From the human T2T-CHM13v2.0 reference genome, Homo sapiens, in the NCBI RefSeq assembly GCF_009914755.1, contig NC_060934.1: a stretch of DNA of 64,000 bases. One strand, written 5' to 3'. Below, in pieces: positions 1 to 14,035 of this stretch (position 1 is the first letter of the stretch; every line of letters begins with the position of its first letter). The notes under the pieces were generated by a model. The model did not search any database and was not told the DNA's origin. It was given only the letters and a program-made list of their open reading frames with translations. Both the position numbers and the translations under genes were made by a program.

Positions 1-41
1 TGATAGTTTGCCAACAATCCACTATTTTGTAGTCTAGTTAA

Positions 42-323
<282 letters not shown>

Positions 324-612
324 AATGTTTATATATGTTATATATTTATATATATAAATATGTTATATATTTATATATAATATATATATCTATGTTATAT
401 ATTTATATATAATATATATATCCTGGCCAATATATAATATATATAAATATATAATATTTAATATGATATATATAATAAATATATAATTATATATTGTATA
501 TTTATATAAAATATATTATTTTACATATTTATATATTATATTTTATATATTTATATATTATATTATATATATTATATATTTATATATTTATATATATATA
601 AATATATATAAA
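324..612. repeat. (TA)n-rich low-complexity block
   Basis: Almost pure A/T, with repeated tatgttatatatttatatataatatatata units. Confidence 0.95.
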
Positions 613-859
613 TTTTAAAAATCATTTTAAAATCATTTTGTTTAAAATCATTTTGTCTTTAGGACGACAGTTTGCTTTAAGTTGTTTTCTTTGAAGAATA
701 TTAATTTTAGGTTATCCCTACGTGACTATTAATTGCTGTCACCAGATACTGTGAATTTATCTTTTTTTAATTCATAGTGTATTTTTATTTTTAATTTGTA
801 TAGGTAGAGGGAAGAAAGACATCTTTAATTGGATTAACATTTTAGTTCATTAGATAAGC

Positions 860-1152
860 CCGCCTGCGAAGTGGCTCACGCCTGTAATCCCAGCACTTTG
901 GGAGGCCAAGGTGGTGGGATTGGCTGAGGTCAGGAGTTAGAGACCAGCCTGGCTAACATGGTGAAGCCCCATTTCTACTAAAAATACAAAAATTTAGCAA
1001 GGTGTGGCTGCAGGCGCCTGTAATCCCAGCTACTCAGGTTGCTAAAGCTTGAACCCCAGGAGGCAGAGGTTGCAGTGAGCCAAGACTGTGCCACTGCACT
1101 CCAGCTTGTGCAATAAGAGCGAAACTCCATCTCGAAAGACAAACAAAAAAAA
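860..1152 (+). mobile_element. AluS
   Basis: gtggctcacgcctgtaatcccagcactttgggagg... with A-rich tail. Confidence 0.93.
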
Positions 1153-3193
1153 AGGTAAGCCATAGGTGAGCAATAAAGAGAAAACAGATAGGCTTTTGAT
1201 TCACACAAGACTGGGTTTAATTTCTAGCTTCCTCACTTCGCAGGTGTGACTTTGCAAACATTACTTAACACCAAGTATGATTTTCTATACAAAAAGGAGA
1301 ATAATAATATGTCCTTTAAGGACAGTTTTGTGGGAATAACATTATGAATATTAGCAGCATTTAATTCAGTGTCTCATACATTCTCATTAGCATCATTAAC
1401 TGAACTTGCTATGACTACTACTAATATCATTACTCCTAATATTGTTTTAAGCCTTCAGATGGCTCTCATTTGTCTGACTTCTAGCTGATTTTGAAGAACA
1501 AAATATTTTATCAGACTAAGGAAGAAATAGAGAATTCTTCACTTAAATCTTTGCGTCTTTAAGATTCGTGAACAGAGCATATTTTCTTGCCCTTCAAAGG
1601 ACTTTATGTTAGCCACTTCTAGTATGCCATATCCCAGTGGGACGTGAGTCTTTCTGCCCCTTCCTTTCAGCCTTGGTGGTGATTTACAAGGATAAACACT
1701 TGAGCACTCAACATACTTATGTTTATTAGTACACGTAAATGGTTAATTCTACACTGACAGGCACATATTAAATTGGTTCTGTTCCTAATAATGAAGTTAT
1801 ATCTTTGTTATTTTAGCACAGCCCTCATGCTTGCCGTATGTCATGGATCATCAGAGATAGTCGGCATTCTTCTTCAGCAAAATATTGACATCTGTGCTGA
1901 AGATATGTGTGGAATGACTGCAGGAGGTTATGCTGTTGCTAGTAGATTTAATCCATTAGTGTTTATATTTAAAGGGTAGGTGAGATTTCATAGTTTGTTT
2001 CAGGTAATTTTTGAATGTCAGTGAGTTAGTTCACTTCATCAGCCAGAAACTAGGCAAAAAGCTAAACTAGTCGGAAGGAGTAATGGGTCCAGGATTCTTT
2101 ATTTTAGGACTTCCAACAACTTTATCCCTAGGGATCCTAATGTTGTCTACTTGATTTGCAGTATAACCCCCATCCATGGGATAAACATAGTGTCACAATT
2201 TTGATTTTTCTAATTAGTTATTTGGGTCTTGAAATGTCCACTTCAGCAGAAAACCTGATAGTGTCCCTGGGGGCTGTCTTCCATACCTTCATCCTTGAAT
2301 TTTTAAAAAGAATCTAAGGGGTTCCCTAAGTCCAAGGAAGACATTCCTTTTGTTTAAGTCAGAAGGATTGGGGGCGGGTGGGAAATGCCCGTTCTCTTCA
2401 TTTTGTTGTTTCCATTGATTCTGTTGCTGCATTGGTGCCATTGAAACTACTCTTGCAGTCTGGTAATGATTGACCTTTGCCACCAGGATGCTCTTACTAA
2501 TACAGATCCCTCAGTCTTCATGGTGATCCATATGTAGACTTCAAAGTTATTTCATTTTTTTAAAGTTCACATACATATTCTCAGCCATTGTTTCCAAAGT
2601 ACCAGCACCCTGCTCTGGCAGCTAGGACGTTTAGCTTTAGCCACACACATAGTAAGCAAATTGACCCTTCTCCTCCCACTCAAAACCTGATGTGAAACCC
2701 ACATCTTAGCCTGGACTTGGCCTAGACCTTCATGGTAAGTTATCCTTTGAGTGGCTTTTTTCTGTTTTCTCTAGCAAATATTAGTTGTGATAGTTGGAAA
2801 CTGTAAGTCAGGTTGAAATAATTACAGGAAGAAATTAGAGATCCTTTTTATTTTGTTACCACATCTATATCCCTGGACCTTTATAATCTGTATAGCACCA
2901 TTTTGTAGGTAGTGGAAGGTCTCATCTTATTCTGGAAGATCCCATGTCATCTTTCTCAAGTTACAGTGGGTTCCAACTTGTGCTTGTCCCCTCAAGTGAT
3001 TCTTTTTTTCCTAAAAGTAAAAATCTCCCATGCTACCTGCATCTCTACCTCAAGTTTTTAAAATATTTTCAAATTCTGCATCACCATGAAGCCATTCAAT
3101 AGACTTCACAAAACCCCAGGTAAGTTGGTTAGATTTAACAGAGCTAAGCCTCATCCATCACTGATCAGTCTTCAGGTATAAAAGTAGGGATTC

Positions 3194-3298
3194 ATGCTGG
3201 CATCAGCAGTACATATAGTAAAATTGAAACAACTTTGAGAAGATCAGCATGGCCCCTGCACGAGGATGACACACAGATCTGTGAAGTGTTGTATATTT
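3194..3298 (+). pseudogene. U6 snRNA pseudogene
   Basis: atgctggcatcagcagtacatatagtaaaattgaaac...agcatggcccctgcacgaggatgacacacagatctgtgaagtgtt aligns full length to U6. The ACAGAGA box is mutated. Confidence 0.92.
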
Positions 3299-3902
3299 CT
3301 TGCAGTTTCCAAAAGGGCATGTGACTACTTTCTAACTAGCTCCAAGGAAATGGTGTGAGTCAAAGCAAAATGGTTGTCACCCAGTATTGCAGTTGTGATT
3401 TTCATACAAGAAATATTGATGCAAGGTGATATATGAAATGAGATGTGGTAACACATAGGATCTTGTGTGCAATATGCTGTTAGTGCATCTCAGAAATGAG
3501 GAAATACCAACTTGCATCTTCCTTGTGGAACTTACAAAAAATAAAGGTAGCGTTTTTTCTTCCACAGCAGCTGGAAATGAGCATAGTGACTAAGCATCAT
3601 TCTAACAAAGATTTGTTGATTCAGAGTTTCAGGAGGTAGATAAAGAGTAGTAATAGTCCAAGCCAGATGCTGACATCTATTAGTTTTCTGCCCTTGGTGT
3701 GATTGATGAGCTCAGTAATAGAGGCTAATCAGGTTATCCAATTTAATGAATTCATATATTTATAAATAAATTTCATTACAAATTATAAAATAGCTTAGAT
3801 GCCTTGAATTACAAGCCACAAAGAATAGAACATCTAATAACCAAAAGTAGGAGTTAATAACAGAAAAGTGCAACTTTTGAACATTATAACCTACGAAGAA
3901 AC

Positions 3903-4047
3903 TTTTTTTTGAAATTTATTTATGTTTTGTAGAGACAGGGTATCCCTATGTTGCCCAGGCTGGTCTTGAATTTCTGGGCTCAAGTTGTCATCCTGTCTCA
4001 GCATCCTAAAGTGCTTGCATCACAGGCATGAGCCACTGCACCAGGCC
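3903..4047 (-). mobile_element. FLAM / Alu left monomer
   Basis: gtagagacagggtatccctatgttgcccaggctggtcttgaa...gagccactgcaccaggcc. Confidence 0.85.
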
Positions 4048-4896
4048 AAAACATTGGATTTTATTGGGAATTTTAAAATAGTTTCAGCAATAAGGTTGAA
4101 CAACAAGGTATTTCATTGCTTCACTATTTATTCGAGCATTTTAAAAACATTATCATGTTGAATCTTTATAATAAGCTAGTGAAATCAGGCTCTAAAATTC
4201 TCATTTTTAGAAGACGTTGAGCCTAACAAGCAACTTGTTCAAGAAAAAATACCTGTTGGTTACCACACTAGGACTTATTCTGAATTAAGGACATTTTCCA
4301 TTATGCCAAGCTAACTCTAGTTAATTTACGGAATTATGCTGACCTCAATTCATGAGTATTTCATCTTACTTTCTTTCTTCTTTTATTAGCAGCTTAATAA
4401 GTTCCTAGAGCTTACAAACTTAAAGTCTCTGGAATAAGTAATGTTCTGCTGTTAGCTCTGATATTGTCTGAAATAGTCTAAGAACTTAATAAATTTGGAA
4501 AATTTGGTAAATGTTAAAATAGTAATTTTATTTATTACATTTTTATACATAGCATTCATCAATGTCTTTTGGAATATAAACAAAAGATATCTAAAAATCC
4601 TCAAAATAGCAATCCAGGTAAGACTTCTGATAGTAAACTACTCTTGGTGGTGCTACCATAAGGTTATGGAAATGTTGATCATACAATAGCAATTAAAAAA
4701 GCAATGTGGAAATAGGATGTGTTTACATATATACATATGTGTGTGTGTACATATATATATATAGCTTTGATTCAATTTTTTAGTTTATAATTCAGAATTA
4801 GTTATAGGTAGTTTATAATCTCAGAAAATATTATCTGAAAAAATATGTTTTTAATTATGGTCCCTAAAATTTTATATAATACTTTTGTATAAATAA

Positions 4897-5190
<294 letters not shown>

Positions 5191-5199
5191 AGATAAGTT

Positions 5200-6300
5200 A
5201 GGTTCTTAAGAGATGTGTATTAAAAGCTCCTACTTTAATTATATTTTTATCCAAGTTTTTTTTTTAATTGTTTAAAATGTACACATTTTACTGTGTATTA
5301 TTGTACATACAGATTTTTTACTTATATTTTCTTCAAAAAATAGCTTTTATCTTAACAATGATTCTATTTATTCTGATTTATACTTATAACTATTGATTTC
5401 AATTCACCTGACATTAATATTGCCATTCGTGCTTTCTTTTTGTTGAGTTTGCTTTGTTCTCACCTTTTTTTTACCTTTATCTACCTATCTTTATTTGTTT
5501 TAAAGTGTTCTTCTTATAAAAACAAACATGGTATAAACATATTCTGATTAATGTGATAGTTTCCGTCCTAATAGAAGTACGCAGACTGATCACATTTATT
5601 ATAACAATTGATATATGTGATTTATTCCTTCTGTCTTACATTGTGCTTCATCTTTATTTTACTGTTGGCCTCCCCTAGACTTTCTTATCTTTTTCTGATT
5701 TGAAATCCACTCTTTTCCCCGATACCCCACACTGCTGTTGATTTGGAAACTTGACTGAAAAACAATTCTACAATTCCATTCATAGTTATCTTCTTTATTT
5801 GCCACTTTCATGGGAAAACAAGTTTTTCGATTTTTTCCTCACTAAGATTCTATTTGTCCATTGCTTTCCCCTTCATCCCAATAGATGAGACCTTTAGAAT
5901 GTTTTTATGTTTTGCATCTAGTTACGTAGCTGCTAGATTTTGCTGAGATAGTTTAATATTTTGAACTTCAGATTATTAGTTTTTCCCTTGAAGTGTATCT
6001 GTTCTGTTTAAAGTGTCTTTGCCTTTGACACTCCCCCATTTCTCTGCTCACCACCACCCTTTTTTCATGGTTCCATCTTCAAGTCCCTGTCTTGATTATT
6101 TTCTTAAGTGTTTTGCCCAAACAGGATGGATAGGTGATATATTCTCTGAATCTTTGCATAACTGTTAGTACAGTTTTTATTTTGCTCCAACAGTTGATTG
6201 ATATTCATTTGCATGTAACATATCATCATGCCTCTTTATCTACCGCCTGAGCCATATTCTCCAGGCTAGCTTTTATCCGTAGTAAGCTGATATTTTAATC
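5200..6300 (-). mobile_element. Old L1M fragment(s)
   Basis: T-rich sequence resembling the antisense strand of ancient L1; heavily diverged. Confidence 0.45.
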
Positions 6301-6911
6301 TCTGTCTATCTACTGCGTGGTCTCTTATTCTGAATTTCGACTGAAGAGAAAAAGGAACATGGTTGCTTTTTTTTTAATGCAGCAATAAAGAATAAATAGA
6401 AAAATTTGCAATGTTTATAATTGCTTAAATTGAAATATCATATGTATATATATGAATAAGCAAGAATAATATTCTGAGTACATTAGTATTATATTGAACG
6501 TTAAATACTGATTGATCCAACTACTAGTCATTGAGCTCCTGGAAGCCAGGGACAACATTTTAAACATTTCTGTGTCTCTAATGTATTTGCTGGAAGACAA
6601 AATATATTTCTCTTCCTACCCTTCCTCTCCCCCAACTCCTCCAATCTAAAATTGACCCTGTTTTCAGTACAACAAGATTCCAGATGGAAGTCAAGGTATA
6701 TAGTGATTTTATTAACCCCGGTAGCAAAAATATTGTTTCAATAAAGATAAAAATTTTACATTCCATCTATGGTTTCCTTAATTTAAAAATATATTGGTAA
6801 TACAGTTATATAGTTCAAAATCAAAGTGATATAAAATGATATTCATTAAGCCATCTTGCTCCCACCCTTGTCTCTATCAGGTTTGTACCTGTTTTTCCCT
6901 GCAGAGTTCAT

Positions 6912-7140
6912 GCATTCAACAAATATTTATTAAATATTTATTGAGTACTTAGGTGCTCATTGTGTGCCAGACACTGTTCTAAGTGCTAAGGGCACAGCAA
7001 TGGAAACAACAACAACAAAAAAAAAAAACCAGGAAAAATAATTGTGGCCGCAAGATGCTTACGTCTAGTAGGAGAGACAAATTAACAAAACAAATAAGTT
7101 ATATCGAATATTAGGAGATAAGTGCTGCAAAGGAAAAGAA
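6912..7140 (-). mobile_element. L2 3' end
   Basis: cattcaacaaatatttatt...gtgccagacactgttctaagtgct is the reverse complement of the L2 tail. Confidence 0.75.
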
Positions 7141-7142
7141 AA

Positions 7143-7619
<477 letters not shown>

Positions 7620-7809
7620 TAAAACAAAGGTTTGGTATTGCCTAAAATAACTAAACAAGGTGGTATTTTATACACAGTTTAGTCAAACTGAGTATTTTCT
7701 GTCTTCCTTTCAAACACTGATTCAATGTGATTTTTGAGTGTGTTTTTCTCATTATTTGTCTTGCGAAAGAATTTCCTCCTTATTTGAAGAAAAGATATAG
7801 TTTGAGGAG

Positions 7810-8500
7810 ACAGTAGTGGCGCTTCGGCCGCGCCCAGGGCCGCGGTTCGCTCTTCCCCGCGTGCGACCAGGCTGCCAGCACTGGGGACCTCTGGCGCCCG
7901 CCCGTCCGCAGCCAGCGGGGACAGCGGCCGCTCTGGGGAGGCGGCGGGGCAGGGGCGAGGGGAGGCCCAGCCCGGGGTCCGCCGAGCGTGACCTTCCCCG
8001 GGGCGAACCTCCTATCCCCACCCCTTCCCGGAATCCGTGCAGGGGCACTGGCCACGCCTGCAATCATAGCAAAAATGTCCCAGTGGGGACCATTCAGTAG
8101 CAAGAAATAGCACGGCGCGCCACCCTTACAGTCACTAACTCTTTTGTTCTCCGTGTTTAGGTAGAAACATGACTCAGAGAATCGGGTTCCCGCTCTGCAG
8201 CCTAAGCCAGAGGCGATGGTTTCCGCTTCTGCTTCTCTTGGCAGTGACCTGCCTTGACTTGGTCTGCTGCCTTTTGCAATCTGCTCTTGAAGGAAGGGCC
8301 AGCCTCTCGCATCTTCCTAGGAACAAGTCCGACCACGATCAGGGCTATTGTGAAATTAGCTAAATTAGTCCGTTCTCTCGACTTTTGGACTCTCTCCTCT
8401 GAATGCCTTATAGGTATAGTTTGGCAATCTCGCTCACACCTGGGTGTGAACCTGCGTGTACCCAGCCCGGGAGATATCGGGGTCTGTACAGGATTGGTAC
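7810..8500. promoter_or_regulatory. CpG island / GC-box promoter of the SelO-like locus
   Basis: Abrupt GC- and CpG-rich stretch in AT-rich DNA. GC boxes and four G4 runs at 7935-7962. Directly precedes the first coding exon. Confidence 0.75.
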
Positions 8501-9293
8501 CCCTTATGGGTTAGAGAGACCTTCTTTCCTTAGCTCCAAGGCCAGATCTACGGGTGCTGTTCCGGTGCTGAGAGACAGCGTGTTTCTAACAGAAAATAAG
8601 TGATATAATTAAGGACTCAGCGCATGCACTCAAACACACAGAGCCAGTGAGATAATGGGTAAGCATTAGAGATACAGAAATGCAATTTAGTCCTCAAAAA
8701 ATTCACTCTAATGAGGAAACAGACCAGCAAGTACGTAACTGCAGTTCTCTGATTCATGTATTTTCTTATTCTTCTTGCATTAAAGAATGCGATAGCCTCA
8801 TAGCTGGGTACATTAATTTCATATTTAATCGTGTGGGTTTTTTTATGGAATGAAGACATCATAGACCATGTAAAGACATCTGAGAAAATAAGCCAGTTTG
8901 ATGGTGTTTTTTGCATCTTGAAGAATAGTATGTAAAAATATGCAAAGTGCTTTACAAGCAAAGATTGTTAATAAGTACCTGTAGCTTACCTGGTTTAGAT
9001 TAGGTTTATATGTTAAGAAACATCCAACAGGTATAATTTGCCAAGTAGAGTGTAGCAATAAGCACTCAGATTGTACTTGACAATCCTATGACTAAGACAT
9101 TATCATTTGTCCTTTTTTTATTTTTTAAAGATAAGGAAACACATAGAGGAAATACCATATTGTCAAATAAGTATCACACTCAAGCTCACACAGTTGGCAA
9201 GTATGGCACTACACAATTTTGTCAGGCCATTTTCATATAGAGATTGCTTGGCCACATTAAAACAGAAAATGTTGCTTTTAAAATGATGCTGTA

Positions 9294-9602
<309 letters not shown>

Positions 9603-10062
9603 GGTGCTGTAGTATTGCAAGGCTAAGTAGGGTCAGCAGATGAAGTTCCTCAAGACTTTCAACATTACTGTATAGCTAAACTCTTGAGAAAAAACAGTAA
9701 CCTACCAATTGGACATATGGAATTCACAAGTAGTTCTTTTGACACAACTAGGCCAAGCATGAGTTGAGGAAGTTAAAAACATTATGTGAATTGTGCAGGT
9801 AACTGCTAAAGAACAGACTTCTCTTATGCAGTCTGAAAACAACTTTAGTCTATTTTGCTGCCCTTAGACAAATGAAAAGAGCCAGTACAGATGTATAAAA
9901 ATGGCCTATGTGTAACTGAAAGTGATCAAGGTTGTCGTTTTGATGTTGGAGTGTTAGCTACCCTCGAAGACATTTTCTTGCCGTATTGATGGTAGTATTT
10001 AAAACATAATATCTACAATAGTACCAGGTTTTATAGCCAAAGAAATTGTAAATATAATACCA

Positions 10063-10372
10063 GGCCAGGCACAGTGGGTCATACCTGTAATCCAAGAACC
10101 TTGGGAGACCGAGGTGGGAGGATCGCTTGAGGCCAGGATGTCGAGACCAGCCTAGGCAACATAAGCAAGACCCTGTCTCTACAAAATAAAATTAGCCAGG
10201 TGTGGTGGTGTGTACCTGTAGCCCTAGCTACTCAGGAGGCTGAGGCGGGGAAGGTTGCTTGAGCCCAGAAGTTCGAGAGTTCGAGGCTGCAGTGAGTTGT
10301 GATCGTGCCACTGCAGTCCAGCCTGGATGAAAGAGTGAGGCACTGTCTGTCTCCAAATAAATAAATAAATAA
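10063..10372 (+). mobile_element. AluJ
   Basis: Full dimer; ggatcgcttgaggccagg J-type features. Confidence 0.92.
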
Positions 10373-12984
10373 TCCTATGCATTACTGCGTCTTGGTTCAC
10401 AGTACTGTGTAAAACGTCTCATCCTGACGTTACTAGATAAATGATCAATAAATTATCCGAATTATCTTACTCTGGTAAGAACATTTATTGAGAGAATAGG
10501 TTCAAACATTTGCAGTGAAAGGTTAGAAGTTTTTGTGGATTTCATAGTCTTATGCAAAACTGAATTCTAAAGAATTTAATGTTGCCAGTACTGATCTTCC
10601 TGAGATTTCTCTGGGGTTTTTAGTCAATGACTTCTTAGCTTGTTAAAGCATCACATAGGTGAGGGTTGAATATGCCTGAAATAGCCTTTTTTGTTCCATG
10701 GCTGGTGAACACACGTATTGCCCAAGCAGCTATCTTGCCAGAATATGCATCAAGTGGTACAAAATGATAACCACTAATGGAACGTGATATGCTGCCCCTG
10801 CCATACCAATGTTAGAACATTATAAAGGATATTGCGTTAATTATATAATCTAGTTAATTCCACACAGAGGCTCTCCTACAAAAGAAGAAAACATACTGTT
10901 GATCTTCCACTTATAATCATATTGTCTGGTTTTCTGGTATGAATGTTAAAATCTGCCATTTTTTGATTGAGTACACATTTATTCCCCCAGGATGCTACCT
11001 TATAATACATCATGGTCTTAAGGGAACATATAAAGGGCTAAATGTGGCCATATGGCCCATATTAGCCTGTTTTTATTACTCATTTGAGGAAGATAGAAAA
11101 TTGCTGTTGTAACTGATATTTAGTTCACTTAAGCCTGGATGGAATAAATTGGCGTTACTCCAGACAGTGGAGCAAATTGTCATAATGCTACCTTTCTCCA
11201 CTGATTTGAAATGTCATTTTCACTATATAGGAAATTCTTTATAGCTTCGGGTTGTTTCTGTGCTTTTTATTGAGCTCCATTGATCTTTGCGTCTATTGCA
11301 TCTATTTTTAGGATAGCAATATTTTTAGTTACTGCAGTCTTATAATTTTTAATATAAGCAAACTTGTTTCTCTTACTTAAAAAAATGTTATCTGTTCATT
11401 TTTGCAGATTTGCACATTAAGATTGTCTATTTCTTCAAAAAAATCCTGTTAGGATGTTAATTTGATTCCTATTATGTTTATTAAATAATTTGGTGACACA
11501 TTTTAACAATAAATCTCTATCCAGAAACAGGGCTTTTTTGTCCCTTAGTCTTATAGTTGTATTAATACACCTACCCTCTTCTATTTGGTTATTGTTTTAA
11601 TTGCTTTGGATTGGAAAAACAGATTAAGAGTTTAGATATTGTATATAAAATAAGACTAAATATGTTCTGAGAATCTAAAACGTGGTCAAAGCTTTCTTTT
11701 CCTCTACAGCTTTTAAAATGCGGTACATGTGTTTTAGTGTATGGACATTATGAGACATAGTTTGTCTCTGCAGAGGCAATTTCTAAACTTTTAGCTTTGC
11801 GGTGGGGCATCTATCAAATGTGGGATCTACAGCAGTTTTGTGCAGCTAGTAAGCCATGTATTGCCTGGTCTTAAAGTTATTTATGTCTCTTGTATATCTG
11901 TTTCCTTTAGCTAATTGTGTTTCCAAAGGGCAGAACGCATGTGATTATGTGCCTAATGGATTTTGGTTCCATTGAATTAACTAGTACTATACTTGTAATT
12001 CTGTAATGCAGCTCACCTCCATTTAAAAATATGTATTTTTATTTATAAATATGTTGCAATTTAATTTGCCTTCCATGAGTGAAGATCTTTGAAGACAGGG
12101 TATGTGTCTTCCTGTTTTAAACTTTTTCCATTTCCTAACCTCTTGAACAGTTCCATGTACTGTCCTAAATGAATGTTGGCTAGATCGTGTTGAAATGGCA
12201 AAGTAGCCTTTAAATAACAAAGCATGAAGAAAATAGTGACTTGAGTTTCTGGAAGAACCATAGCCTTTCTAAGGGATGTTAGTGCTGTATATGCAACAAA
12301 TGAGAACATTAAGAAGGCTGTTTTGTTTTATCAGCTATGTTGCCTGTTGATCCTGTGAAAGAAAATTTTATGTTCTTAAAGGGAAAACTTTTTTCAATTG
12401 CCTTCCCAACTCCTTTCAAATCAAGAGTACCTCTTGTAGCAGTTTCAAAGGTTAGCCATTATTTTTTCACAACACAAATACTAAACTCACTAAAACATTT
12501 GTTTAAAATAATTTTTAGAGTTAATATTATTAGTCTAATTATAAATGACTATCTGTGTTTAAATTTCAAATACTTGGAGATGTCATTCTTAGAAATCACA
12601 CTCTGATAGTTTCATCTTAACATTGTCTTACAAGGAAAATATGCTTTTGTGAAAAAGAGGAAAATGAATTAAATTGTTATCTTAGATATCCTTTATCTAA
12701 TGGTCTCTAACAAATTCTACATTGTTCTCTCATGATATAAATGAATTTGGGCTAAAAATAAGATGTTTACTTTTTTCTAGTTCCTTAAATGAATTTGTCC
12801 TAGGAAAAATATTATTTTACCATGCATCATAAGAAACTAATAAAATTTTTAGAACTATCTAATAGAACTAATTTTTCCTAAATAGCATAAATAATCATGG
12901 AATGTATGGTACATCTCTTATGAAAAAATATTAATATTTTCAGAAGAGGTTTATTTTTTGAATTTTCTTCCATTAACTGTCTAT

Positions 12985-13292
12985 TCTTTCTTTTGTTTGT
13001 TTGTTTGAGACGGAGTCTCGCTGTGTTGCCCAGGCTGGAATGCAGTGGCACGATCTCCACTCACTGCAAGCTCCGCCTCGAGGGTTCACGCCATCCTGCA
13101 GCCTCAGCCTCCGGAGTAGCTGGGACTACAGGCACCTGCCAACACTCCCGGCTAATTTTTTTTTTTGTATTTTTAGTAGAGACTGGGTTTCACCGTGTTA
13201 GCCAGGACGGTCTCGGTCTTCTGACCTCGTGATCTGCCCGCCTAGGCCTTCCAAAGTACTAGGATTAAAAGCGTGAGCCACCGCGCCCGGCC
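12985..13292 (-). mobile_element. AluY-like
   Basis: ctgcaagctccgcctc...ggttcacgccat...caccgtgttagccagga (Y diagnostics). Confidence 0.93.
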
Positions 13293-13320
13293 ATTAAATC
13301 TGCATTCTTAAAAATTATTA

Positions 13321-13515
13321 GGCTGAGCGCAGTAGCTCACTACTGTAATCATAGCATTTTGGGAGGCCGAAGCGGGAGTATCACTTGAGCCCAGGAGTTT
13401 AAGGCTGCAGTGAGCCATGATTGTTTCTCTGCACTCCAGTCTGGGTGACAGAGTGAGCCTGTGTCTCAGAAAATAAACAACTACAACAACAACAACAACA
13501 ACAAAAACAACAAAA
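13321..13515 (+). mobile_element. FRAM / Alu monomer with (CAA)n tail
   Basis: Single right-arm-type monomer followed by caacaacaa. Confidence 0.82.
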
Positions 13516-14035
13516 ACTGAAAGATGACGTCGGTTTGTAAATTTGTTTTCCCTGCCTCAGGAAGTTCTAGAAGATATTTTGGACCTTGATTTATCTGTCT
13601 CAGAAACAGACGATTTTATCCAGCTTGTAAGTGGCGAAAAGACAGTGTTTGGATCCATTCCACTGGCTCATCCATATGGGGGCCAGCAGGTAAGAGTAGC
13701 AACAGCACCACTTCCCTTATGCAAATAGAATTATTTGATGGAAATGCTGTCCTACTAAGGAAATTATTGTGCATTAATTTTTAAAATAGTGCATTGGGAG
13801 TTCAGCAAGATGTACCTAAAGGAGTATGTCATCAGATGATGTTTATAGGTTAGCTGATGTGATTTCTTGCTGTGCTAAAGCTAGAGCCTAATTCTTTGAA
13901 TGGAACTGAGAATACTGGGGCAGCATAGATAAAAAATTTCTGTGGATTATTACTAGAGAACTCATTCAGTGCACTTTTGGCAAGACATTTTGGCAAAATG
14001 AAGCAGTACAATGTGTCAGTATAAAAGGACAAATA

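Larger units (their letters stand above)
1817..4617 (+). pseudogene. ANKRD30-like pseudogene fragment, exon 5 (1817-1954) and exon 6 (4553-4617)
   Basis: Exon 5 reads TALMLAVCHGSSEIVGILLQQNIDICAEDMCGMTAGGYAVASRFNP after a ttttag acceptor, but its donor is mutated (attagt). Exon 6 reads IHQCLLEYKQKISKNPQNSNP with ag/gtaag. Both match ANKRD30A/B/BL ankyrin exons as recalled. Confidence 0.9.

Noticed and set aside
7752-8103. Overlapping G/P/R-rich ORFs on both strands
   Set aside because: Expected in a CpG island; no family similarity. The real coding signal starts at 8169.
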